Part shown: in pieces, positions 1 to 7,783 of the stretch
Layout: every line of letters starts with the position of its first letter
Numbering within the stretch: the stretch's first letter is position 1
Virus record (IMG/VR): IMGVR_UViG_3300035181_001319
Coordinates: 1 to 62,841 of that record
Direction: 5' to 3' (one strand)
From: a virus
Taxonomy: Duplodnaviria; Caudoviricetes
Length of the DNA: 62,841 nucleotides
The notes under the pieces: generated by a model
The model's database searches: none
What the model saw: the letters and a program-made list of their open reading frames with translations, nothing else
Told to the model about the DNA's origin: nothing
Made by a program: the position numbers and the translations under genes

Positions 1-186
1 CTGCTCATAGGCAACCTTGAGTTCAATCCAAAAAGACCGACCCTCCACACAGCCTTCAACATCAGGCGTACCCGACTTGGTGCTGTCCTCAATTCGCTGG
101 ACGTGCTTTGGCACCTTGATTGTCGGCATTGAGTCTCGCAGCCAGCCCCATAGCGCGGTTTCACGGTCACGATCAGGTAATGTCAT
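1..186 (-). CDS. VRR-NUC/Holliday junction resolvase-like nuclease, N-terminal part (continues across the window end)
   Basis: ATG at 186 gives MTLPDRDRETALWGWLRD...RIEDSTKSGTPDVEG...FWIELKV (PD-(D/E)xK motif). Exactly 62 codons to position 1, in frame with 62841 onward. Confidence 0.8.
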   Translation of the reverse strand, partial: MTLPDRDRETALWGWLRDSMPTIKVPKHVQRIEDSTKSGTPDVEGCVEGRSFWIELKVAYEQ

Positions 187-481
187 GAACGTCCTCATCT
201 GGCAGGGTAACTTTTTGCTCAGGAAAAGCAGAGGCAAGAGCCTTGAGCACAAGCCGCCACACATTTTGGGATAGGCGAGGATGATTGAACACCCGCCCTT
301 TACGCAGAGGTTTTTGGAACACTTTGACTAGATCAAAACCATCTGTCTTGCGGCCTACTCGAATATCGTAGTCTGCCAGGCGTCCATCTGGGGTTGTGGC
401 CACATTGTCGATGATTGCACGGCCAAGCAGGGTTTTTTGTCCGGTCTTGGCTGAATGTAATTCAAGGGTAATAACTATCAT
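173..481 (-). CDS. hypothetical protein
   Basis: ORF; ATG at 481 overlaps the DHFR stop (ATGA coupling). Confidence 0.65.
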   Translation of the reverse strand: MIVITLELHSAKTGQKTLLGRAIIDNVATTPDGRLADYDIRVGRKTDGFDLVKVFQKPLRKGRVFNHPRLSQNVWRLVLKALASAFPEQKVTLPDEDVHDIT

Positions 482-933
482 TTTTGGTTCTCCCATATAT
501 CCACAAAGGTTTCGGCAAAGCAGATGGCAGGTTTTTGCTGCCAAGTCGGACTGCACATCAAACGCGGGGTGATTTCATCTTTGATGCCAAAGCGCAGGAA
601 CGCCTCACGCGAACGACACAGGAATACCTGGTCCAGCTTGCCACAGCGTAGGGCATCAAGAGCAATATCCTGGCCGCCAATCAGCCATGCATCAGGATAC
701 TGGGAGGCAAACTCGATCAAGGTCATGCCATTCCGTGAAAGGGGAACAACTGTGCGTCCTTCGAGCTTCGGAAGCTGTTCGAATGTCCTCCGTCCGGCTC
801 CGAGGATGCCACCGACAGAGGTGAGAAGCCTGAACACACGCTTGTCAGTCGAACCGGTCCATGTCATATCGTCGGTTGGACCCCGAGCTACAAATCCATC
901 AGCAGATACTGCCATTACAAGCTTCAAACCCAT
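478..933 (-). CDS. folA: dihydrofolate reductase-like protein
   Basis: LVMAVSADGFVA...MTW...DKRVFRLLT...GAGRRTFEQLPKLEGR...WLIGG matches the DHFR pattern. Confidence 0.8.
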   Translation of the reverse strand: MGLKLVMAVSADGFVARGPTDDMTWTGSTDKRVFRLLTSVGGILGAGRRTFEQLPKLEGRTVVPLSRNGMTLIEFASQYPDAWLIGGQDIALDALRCGKLDQVFLCRSREAFLRFGIKDEITPRLMCSPTWQQKPAICFAETFVDIWENQK

Positions 934-1223
934 GGCTTTTTGCCCTTCACTTTGAGGTATAGAGCCTTCACCTTATCAAGTTCTGGATGGCGACGCACCC
1001 ACACTCCGGTATTGTGGTCAAATTTCTCTCTAAAGAATTTGTCTAGCTTTTCATTGCCCGTAGAGAGTTGAGGATCAAGCAAGGCCGCTTCTCCATCAAA
1101 CTCAGCATCGGGTACCAGGGAGTCTGCCTCAAACTCATAGGCATAAGCCCACAAAGAGAGGCGGATACGACTCCGCCTCTCCCGTTCAACTTCTGATCCC
1201 CACTTAGTCAAAGAGGTGTTCAA
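924..1223 (-). CDS. stand-alone NAD-dependent DNA ligase domain Ia-like protein
   Basis: AYAYEFEADSLVPDAEFD resembles the Y-Y...(S/P)DAEYD motif of LigA subdomain Ia. Start uncertain (TTG). Confidence 0.55.
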   Translation of the reverse strand: MNTSLTKWGSEVERERRSRIRLSLWAYAYEFEADSLVPDAEFDGEAALLDPQLSTGNEKLDKFFREKFDHNTGVWVRRHPELDKVKALYLKVKGKKPWV

Positions 1224-1674
1224 GGCTCACCCATGTGACTTGTACGCCAAGGTTCTCAAGTAGGGTCTTGGCCTGATGTTGCTCGTCAGCCCAACGGCTT
1301 TCTGGATTAATCTGCGCGCACACCAGATGGGAAAGTCGATGCTGTCGAATTGCCAGTGCGCAGTGTAAGCAGGGCGCTGTTGTGGAATAGATGGTCCAGC
1401 CTGCCAGGTCAAAAGGAGCATTTGCCATGGCGTTCTGCTCAGCGTGGATTGTCAGAGCATTCTTCAAATCCTTGTTGCAAAGGACTTCCGGATCATCAGG
1501 CATACCCCAAGGCAGGCCATTATACCCTGCAGAAAATCGCCGACGATCGGTAGAGACCACAAGAGCCCCGACTTGTTTGTCGGGGTCCTTGCTCCACATT
1601 GACACGTTGACGGCCAAGCGCATGAATCGCTTATGCCATTCCATGGGTGAAACGGTGAGACTTTGGCCGATCAT
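1204..1674 (-). CDS. dCMP (deoxycytidylate) deaminase family protein
   Basis: SKDP..QVGA, GYNG, HAEQNA and PCLHC zinc motifs. Confidence 0.9.
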   Translation of the reverse strand: MIGQSLTVSPMEWHKRFMRLAVNVSMWSKDPDKQVGALVVSTDRRRFSAGYNGLPWGMPDDPEVLCNKDLKNALTIHAEQNAMANAPFDLAGWTIYSTTAPCLHCALAIRQHRLSHLVCAQINPESRWADEQHQAKTLLENLGVQVTWVSLEHLFD

Positions 1675-2595
1675 TTAAGCCACCACCTCAGGCCGTGGGC
1701 AATAAAGCGGCCAAGTCAGTAGCGCCGCCTTTTCCTTGACATGCGCCACATATTCATGTGGGAACATTTCAACCTTTTCAATGGTCCAGGCCGGCATCTT
1801 CATGAGCTGATCCATGGCAGTAGCCTGGCCAAGGAAATGGTTCACCATGTCAAAGTGCACGTCATAGATATGGGGATGCGCCAGGGTGAACGTCATATAG
1901 CCAAGGTCAATTCCCAGACTTGCTGCAACCATGTCCATCAGCAAGGCATGCCCCATAACGTCGTAGGGCAGGCCAACAAACACGTCGCTGGACCGAAGCA
2001 TGTAGGTGCTGTTGAGCCGCCCATTCAGGACTGACAGGGTAAAGCCAACGGGACAAGGCACGTTGAGTTGGCCTTTGGCGCCCAGTCCGTCCAGCGCAGG
2101 GTCCCATGCCGAGATGTAAACCCGACGATCAGACGGATTTGCCCGCAAAGCTTCGATGCCCAGTTTAAGCTGATCACGGTTGAAGTGCTTACGCCAGCGG
2201 TAGCCGTAGGCCGCTTTGATGATAAGCGGCACAGTCAGAGACCAGCCAACGCCTTGCCCTTCTTCAGTCGGAGGATCATAAGCCGGCTCCAGGAATTTCT
2301 TCCAAGTGACTTCGGCATATTTGAACATGAAGTCGGGCTCTTGCGTGGCTTGCACATACCACGCAGTTTCGGCCGCAGCAGTGCTGGGGAAAAGTCGACG
2401 CCGGTCTGTCATCGGCAAGAAACCGCTTTCCAGGTTGATTGTGAATGAATAACCACCCGTCGGATAGGCCCGAATGACCTTGCCTGTGCGCTCATTGCGC
2501 TCTTCCACGCCGTCATACATGATCCGGTTAGCCAGGTCATAGTAAACTTCGGGGAATTGATCCGAAGTGACGACATCACGATTGAGAAAATTCAT
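1675..2595 (-). CDS. thymidylate synthase (ThyA) family enzyme, possibly a dCMP-specific methyl/hydroxymethyltransferase
   Basis: DRRVYISAW, catalytic PC (C181), RSSDVFVGLPYD, HIY. D212 replaces the canonical Asn. Confidence 0.85.
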   Translation of the reverse strand: MNFLNRDVVTSDQFPEVYYDLANRIMYDGVEERNERTGKVIRAYPTGGYSFTINLESGFLPMTDRRRLFPSTAAAETAWYVQATQEPDFMFKYAEVTWKKFLEPAYDPPTEEGQGVGWSLTVPLIIKAAYGYRWRKHFNRDQLKLGIEALRANPSDRRVYISAWDPALDGLGAKGQLNVPCPVGFTLSVLNGRLNSTYMLRSSDVFVGLPYDVMGHALLMDMVAASLGIDLGYMTFTLAHPHIYDVHFDMVNHFLGQATAMDQLMKMPAWTIEKVEMFPHEYVAHVKEKAALLTWPLYCPRPEVVA

Positions 2596-3614
2596 GCCAT
2601 TTCTCCCTTGTCCAGACCAAAGTGGGTCATCAGCTGCTCGAGGTTGAATGCCAAGTCTTCTGGCGTACCGTTGTTGTCCAGCACAAAGTCAGCCATCCAC
2701 GGCTCAACGGTGCAGGAGTCACGGCCTTCAGCCGGCATGCGTTCCGAGGCGTCGATCCAGATGGAGATGTCATAGGCGCCGGTGTTGCGAAGGGCATGGA
2801 ATTCCCGTGCGCTGCGAACCCCACAATAGATGTCATTCTCCGCAAAGATTTCACGTCCAAGCCGTGACGCGTCAGGGCGGTTATAGGCTATGATCTGGTC
2901 GTACCAGAACGCTCGGTTATTGACCCGATCGTCAAAGCATTCCTGCACTGAATCGTAGATTGGCATGAGTTCCACACGGTCAAAGGCGGGCTTCATGACC
3001 CGTTCAGCACAGAACAAGCTGCTGGACATAAATGAGAACCCGTATTTGTCCCGCAACAGTTCGCACACCGTGTCTTTGCCGTGCCGACCGTGGCCCAAGA
3101 TTAGTAGCTTGGGCTTAGGCATTTCAAAGACTGCCGTGGTTTCAGTGGTGGGCTGTGCAATCCTTTTGCCGGTGCGCAAGTCCAAAATGGTCTGAACGTC
3201 GGCGCTGGTGATGGTCAGATAGTCAGCGTGGCTCGGGCCAGTCCAACCATCAGGCTTGACTGCATCAAAGCCTTGTGCGCCAGGCCGCTTGGAGCGCTCA
3301 CCACGTTGCTTGCGCATATTGGCCTGCTGCACTTCATCCCAGGTGGGTTGGATCAGTATGCCCATCTCGCCCAGCGTACCCATGGTCACATACATCAGGT
3401 CGATGCAGGCATCCACAGCCCCTTCTAGATCACCTGACTGGCTGGCTTTGACAAATTCGTCAAGCTCTTCTTGCATGAAGTCCGCACGGAATTTGCCACG
3501 GGGCGCTGACAAAAGCTCTGGCTTCACAGGAAGGGGATAGCCAGCCACCTTGTCGTTAAAGGCCGTCCAGTCGACGGCCATTTTATTCATCAAGTCCTTG
3601 GTCTCTTGCTGCAT
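2592..3614 (-). CDS. fusion of a MazG/PRA-PH-like NTP pyrophosphatase and a deoxynucleoside monophosphate kinase
   Basis: N-terminus: EELDEF...DACIDLMYV...VQQANMRK...KPDGW. C-terminus: P-loop GHGRHGKDT and DNNGT. Confidence 0.8.
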   Translation of the reverse strand: MQQETKDLMNKMAVDWTAFNDKVAGYPLPVKPELLSAPRGKFRADFMQEELDEFVKASQSGDLEGAVDACIDLMYVTMGTLGEMGILIQPTWDEVQQANMRKQRGERSKRPGAQGFDAVKPDGWTGPSHADYLTITSADVQTILDLRTGKRIAQPTTETTAVFEMPKPKLLILGHGRHGKDTVCELLRDKYGFSFMSSSLFCAERVMKPAFDRVELMPIYDSVQECFDDRVNNRAFWYDQIIAYNRPDASRLGREIFAENDIYCGVRSAREFHALRNTGAYDISIWIDASERMPAEGRDSCTVEPWMADFVLDNNGTPEDLAFNLEQLMTHFGLDKGEMA

Positions 3615-3678
3615 GTTTTGCTCCTACGCACATGGCTCAAGTTTAGTTGGTCTGGCCCATTAATAGGACCAGCCTTTA

Positions 3679-4449
3679 TTACACATCTGCCACGAAGGGG
3701 TCTGAGCATCCATTAGGCAGGACAATCGTGGCTGAGTCACCGCTGAGAACATAGCCAATGCCATGCTCCTTATTCAGCATATACAAGTGGCTCAGTATGT
3801 TTGACCGGGAATAGCCAAACTCTGCCATGGCTTCTCTTAGCGAGCGGGCTTGAGGCAGGAAAAAGCTCAACACTTTGCCCCGGACGCTTCCTGGCTTGAC
3901 CGGCTTCAACAAGCCAAGCACGTCGACTTCTTTGCCCCCGCGCGCTTTGTTGGATTCATCACTCTCAGCAATGGTGCGAAGGGGCACGTCAGCGCCCATC
4001 ATGTGAAGTACCATGGCTGCGGTGTCAAAGTCTTTGCCCATGGTCTTCAGCGAGCCGTGCATTTCCCAGTTGCGTTTCAGGATAGCCAGCACTTTGTCTT
4101 GGCGATCGTCTGACCAAGGCAAGTAGCCCACACGAACATTGGTCTGATGCTTGGCACCTGGCCGCATAGGGGCCGGCTCGTATTTGTCGTCCATGGTCAT
4201 GGACACAACTTCGCTGCAGGTACGAGTCACCTGGAAGCTTTCAAGCGCATAGGGACAAAACAGTGTCACAAGACTGCCCCCTTTGTCAATCAGGAAGCAA
4301 TGCGACCAGCCTGAAGTCGGTGGGTCTTTGACATCATTCCTGATCCGTGAAGCAGAAGGCTGCTCGCCTAAAATCCAGTAAATCTTGCCGAAAGACAGCC
4401 CCTCAGCAATCTTGTAGATATGGGGCATAATGACGGTGGATTTAGCCAT
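3679..4449 (-). CDS. hypothetical protein with C-terminal winged HTH
   Basis: GAGG RBS before the ATG at 4449; C-terminal RSLREAMAEFGYSRSNILSHL...GIGY. Confidence 0.6.
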   Translation of the reverse strand: MAKSTVIMPHIYKIAEGLSFGKIYWILGEQPSASRIRNDVKDPPTSGWSHCFLIDKGGSLVTLFCPYALESFQVTRTCSEVVSMTMDDKYEPAPMRPGAKHQTNVRVGYLPWSDDRQDKVLAILKRNWEMHGSLKTMGKDFDTAAMVLHMMGADVPLRTIAESDESNKARGGKEVDVLGLLKPVKPGSVRGKVLSFFLPQARSLREAMAEFGYSRSNILSHLYMLNKEHGIGYVLSGDSATIVLPNGCSDPFVADV

Positions 4450-4588
4450 TGGAAGCCACCTCATACCAGTGGAGCAAAGTGCCTGCATCATCAACGGCTT
4501 TGATGCATTCATCATTCCGCTCGGCGTCATAGACGGCATGATCCAGCAGGTCTTTGATTGCCTGAATGAGTTCTTCAACAGTGGGCAT
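4442..4588 (-). CDS. small hypothetical protein
   Basis: AAGGAG RBS; lies just downstream of the promoter at 4621-4649. Confidence 0.55.
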   Translation of the reverse strand: MPTVEELIQAIKDLLDHAVYDAERNDECIKAVDDAGTLLHWYEVASNG

Positions 4589-4610
4589 AATTCTCGGGCT
4601 CCTTGATGCG

Positions 4611-4649
4611 GCCATGACTAAGTGTATCATATCCGAGAAGCTTTGTAAA
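4611..4649 (-). promoter_or_regulatory. sigma70-like promoter
   Basis: TTTACA-17-TACACT followed by TAGTCATGGC. The same architecture recurs at 11301-11339. Confidence 0.7.
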
Positions 4650-4651
4650 GC

Positions 4652-4678
4652 AAAAGGCTCCAGAAAACTGGAGCCTTT
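4652..4678 (-). terminator. Rho-independent terminator
   Basis: AGGCTCCAG/CTGGAGCCT hairpin plus T tract on the minus strand. Confidence 0.75.
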
Positions 4679-4704
4679 CACTTGTAGACCGGGTCGATGA
4701 AGGA

Positions 4705-5016
4705 TCAGGCCAGGGGGTCAACAGCCGCGGCAGCTTCGGCCGGCTTGGCAGCTTCGGCGGCCTTCTTCAGGCTGCGCGCCGTCGGAACATCGGTATTGCC
4801 CTCTTTGCGCAGCTTGTTGCGGTACCAACTCACAGTCGACGCCGAGGTGTGGGCCTGCGGGAATTCCTCCAGCGCCAGGGCCAGAGCTTCTTCGTTGGTC
4901 TTGCCGGCCATGATGGCTTCTTTGATTACCATGCCAATGCCGCGCTTCGGCACTTTGGGGGCTTTCCCGGCAGCAGCCGGTACTTGGGTTTCAACAGCGT
5001 CGGTCATTGTAGTCAC
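4705..5016 (-). CDS. small HTH-like protein (paralog family) ending in DPLA
   Basis: AGGAG RBS; EEFPQAHTSASTVSWYRNKLRKEG motif. Confidence 0.7.
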   Translation of the reverse strand: MTTMTDAVETQVPAAAGKAPKVPKRGIGMVIKEAIMAGKTNEEALALALEEFPQAHTSASTVSWYRNKLRKEGNTDVPTARSLKKAAEAAKPAEAAAAVDPLA

Positions 5017-5217
5017 TCCTTGGTTACAGTGTTCATATTTGAGACTCTAGCTTGCAATATCTCTGGGGCAAGCCATTGTATCATTTCAGTCGTCCGGTCG
5101 TAAAAGCGTTCTGACCGAGCTTCAGAAAGGTCGAAAAGGCTATGAAATCGAGTCCTCCGGGAGCTTCGGAGCCTCGAAACTATAAAGCGTCAGTCCGGAA
5201 AACCGAGCGCTATACGG

Positions 5218-6711
5218 TCATTTTATGAGCTGCAGATAGTCCCGCAATCCATGCCCGGTAAGATAGTTGGCGGTGACTTCCTTGCTTGCAAGATCATCAA
5301 GCATCTTCTCGTCATTGGAGCCGATTGCCACAAGATCAGTCACCCCAATGCGCTTGCCACCAATCTTGGTCGCACGCTCATCGGCTTGCCTCCTACGAAG
5401 CAAGTCACTGGTATGGGAATACCAGAAAATGTCTCCAGCAGTCGAAAAGTCAAGGCCTTGGCCACCTGCTTGATATTGACCAACAAGCCAACGGCACTTT
5501 GGATCATTGCGGAAACGACTTTCAAAAATAACACGCTCGCGTTTGGTCGTCCCGCCATAATAGTGGACCGCATCACCTATGCCAAGTGTATTCAAATGCT
5601 TGTGCACACGAATGACGTCTTCCCTAAATTGGCACCATATAATGGCCTTACCAGGGACTTCGTGCAGAGCCTCGACCAGCGCAAGCATCCGAGGATTTTT
5701 GGCATCTGACACCAGCTCAATAACCCCGCCGTCTTCATCCTTGATAAACCCGGAGGCAATCTGCTGCAGGCGTATGCGCAAGACGCCACCTTCTGCCGGA
5801 GGAATGAGCTCACCAGTATCCAGTCTTGCCAGGGTCGAAGTCACCAAGTCATTGTGAAGCTTTTTCTGGGCAGCAGTCAGCTCAAAGAGCACTTGACCCC
5901 TGAGCAGCTGAGGCATGTCTTCACAGTCCTCGCGTAGCACAAGACTGGACCAACGGGCTATGTGATGCCGAAGCTCTTCCTGATTTTTGTAACTGGTGAC
6001 TGCCAGACGCTTGCGAGGTTTTTTCTTTGAGCCATCTTTGTTGTAGCCGCCAGGAATGTATATCTCTTCCTTGACCCCGTAGCGATCCTCAAAGTCGGTG
6101 TACTTTTCAAAGCCAAGGGCTCCTTTTTCCAGTACTTCAAACTCGGCATAGGCATGCAAGGGCGAATTGTCTGTGGGGTTTGCAGACAATATGCGCCGAA
6201 AGGCCACATTTTTGGCCACAGCGCGCAATCCGGCTGACCGCTTTGAAGTTGCCCACCTAAACTCATGGACTTCGTCCACGATAAGCAGCACCCTCCACCG
6301 GGTACGCAGGAATTTTGCAAGATACTTACGCCCTTTTTCATTACCAAGGGCTTCGGCATTCACCATGTACCAGGCAAGCTTTTTGTGCTCTTCACAGTGA
6401 CGAGCAAATTGCTGGTCGAACTTGGCATTCACGGCTTTTGCAGCATCCCATACAAAGGATGCATATTTGACTGAATGCCAATGGTGGGCTGGCAACTCGC
6501 GCAGGTCCCAGTTTAAATGCACATTATTTGGCGCCACTACCACAACTGCATCAATTTCGCAGCGTTTCCACAAGTAACAAGCCAAGTCAATCATTGCTTT
6601 GGTTTTGCCCGTTCGCATTTGCCAAATCAGTGCGCGAGCTTTGGTGTCCCGGTGAAGTTCAAACTCCTTAACCTGGTGCTTGTAGGGCACAGTCTTGAAG
6701 TCGAATTCCAC
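5218..6711 (-). CDS. SNF2-family (superfamily 2) DNA helicase
   Basis: MRTGKT Walker A, IVDEVH Walker B, GGQGLDF, and QADERA motif VI-like. Confidence 0.9.
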   Translation of the reverse strand: MEFDFKTVPYKHQVKEFELHRDTKARALIWQMRTGKTKAMIDLACYLWKRCEIDAVVVVAPNNVHLNWDLRELPAHHWHSVKYASFVWDAAKAVNAKFDQQFARHCEEHKKLAWYMVNAEALGNEKGRKYLAKFLRTRWRVLLIVDEVHEFRWATSKRSAGLRAVAKNVAFRRILSANPTDNSPLHAYAEFEVLEKGALGFEKYTDFEDRYGVKEEIYIPGGYNKDGSKKKPRKRLAVTSYKNQEELRHHIARWSSLVLREDCEDMPQLLRGQVLFELTAAQKKLHNDLVTSTLARLDTGELIPPAEGGVLRIRLQQIASGFIKDEDGGVIELVSDAKNPRMLALVEALHEVPGKAIIWCQFREDVIRVHKHLNTLGIGDAVHYYGGTTKRERVIFESRFRNDPKCRWLVGQYQAGGQGLDFSTAGDIFWYSHTSDLLRRRQADERATKIGGKRIGVTDLVAIGSNDEKMLDDLASKEVTANYLTGHGLRDYLQLIK

Positions 6712-6723
6712 CGGGACTACCTT

Positions 6724-7314
6724 TCATTCATCGTTGCAGGGGGCATCCTTCCCGCCGCTAAACACGTAGTCTTTCCATCCAACCCAGCACCACTTACCAC
6801 CGCGGTCTTTCAGAAAGCCCCAAGACCGTTCTGCTTTTGCCCGCCAAACAATGGTCACGATTTTGCCCTTGCCGATAGAGGGCTGAGGCAGTTTGTATAA
6901 GGTTGCAATAAGTTGGTCAGGTTCGTCACCAACAGGTCCGAGAACGCGATGGGTGTGCGTTGCGGGCCGGAAAGACCAACGCCAAGCTGGCACAACCTGC
7001 CGAGTGCGTTGATAGCGTGGTGGCTTTGGTGCTGTGCCTTCCGTGATTGTGTCGCGAATGAGAGTCAGGACTTCCTCGATATAGGGAGTCAGCGGGAAAG
7101 TCCAGAAGTCCCAAGGATGGTCATGACAGTCCGGATCGTTGTCACCCTTGTGGAAGATGTGCAAGCGAAGCCGGCCAATCCATAGCCGGGTCATGTAGGC
7201 TTGCTCATGCTCTCCTACCCTGCCATAGATTGTGGAATAGCCAAAGCGCTTGCCGTGGGAAGGCTTGTAATTGATTCCTCCTTCTTGTCCCATGTCACGC
7301 TGCCTTTGTGCCAA
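6724..7314 (-). CDS. cupin-like hypothetical protein
   Basis: RLHIF...CHDHPW...HTHRV metal-binding cupin-like pattern. Confidence 0.5.
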   Translation of the reverse strand: MAQRQRDMGQEGGINYKPSHGKRFGYSTIYGRVGEHEQAYMTRLWIGRLRLHIFHKGDNDPDCHDHPWDFWTFPLTPYIEEVLTLIRDTITEGTAPKPPRYQRTRQVVPAWRWSFRPATHTHRVLGPVGDEPDQLIATLYKLPQPSIGKGKIVTIVWRAKAERSWGFLKDRGGKWCWVGWKDYVFSGGKDAPCNDE

Positions 7315-7717
7315 ACTTCTTGGCCAGGCACATCTCGATCAGCCGCTTGAGGATCAGCTTCTGCCGAATGTGCGTGGGGATGCGCTGTTGCGGCGGTCGG
7401 TTCTGGTGAAAGCGTTCGGCCCGGGATACAGCCTGGTCATAGACGGCAATGGATGAGTAGCCCATGGCTGCGATCACGCTGGCCACAAAGTGCAAGGGAC
7501 TTTTGGCCGGGTGCATTTCCAGCACTTTGTCGATGACTTTGGGGCTGGGATTGATGGATCCATCGCGTACGAGGGTTGGAACGGATTTGTCTTTGGCCGT
7601 AACAAGCTTCCTTCTTTCAATGGGGCGCTCTTCTTCAAAGGCCCGTTGTTTCATTGCTTCAAAGGCTTCCTTGGTTTTGGAAAGATCAAGGTAGCGGCGG
7701 TCCTCTGGTTGTTCCAT
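7295..7717 (-). CDS. hypothetical protein
   Basis: ORF with AGGAG RBS. Confidence 0.6.
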   Translation of the reverse strand: MEQPEDRRYLDLSKTKEAFEAMKQRAFEEERPIERRKLVTAKDKSVPTLVRDGSINPSPKVIDKVLEMHPAKSPLHFVASVIAAMGYSSIAVYDQAVSRAERFHQNRPPQQRIPTHIRQKLILKRLIEMCLAKKFGTKAA

Positions 7718-7783
7718 ATGGTTGCTCCTATATGACTATGTGCTTAGAATGCAATAGTCCTCAAAGCTTGGGTGCCATTGCAC

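Noticed and set aside
5111-5181. Fourth hammerhead (CTGACCGAG...CGAAAC)
   Set aside because: The core spacing is wrong and stems I and III cannot be formed convincingly.
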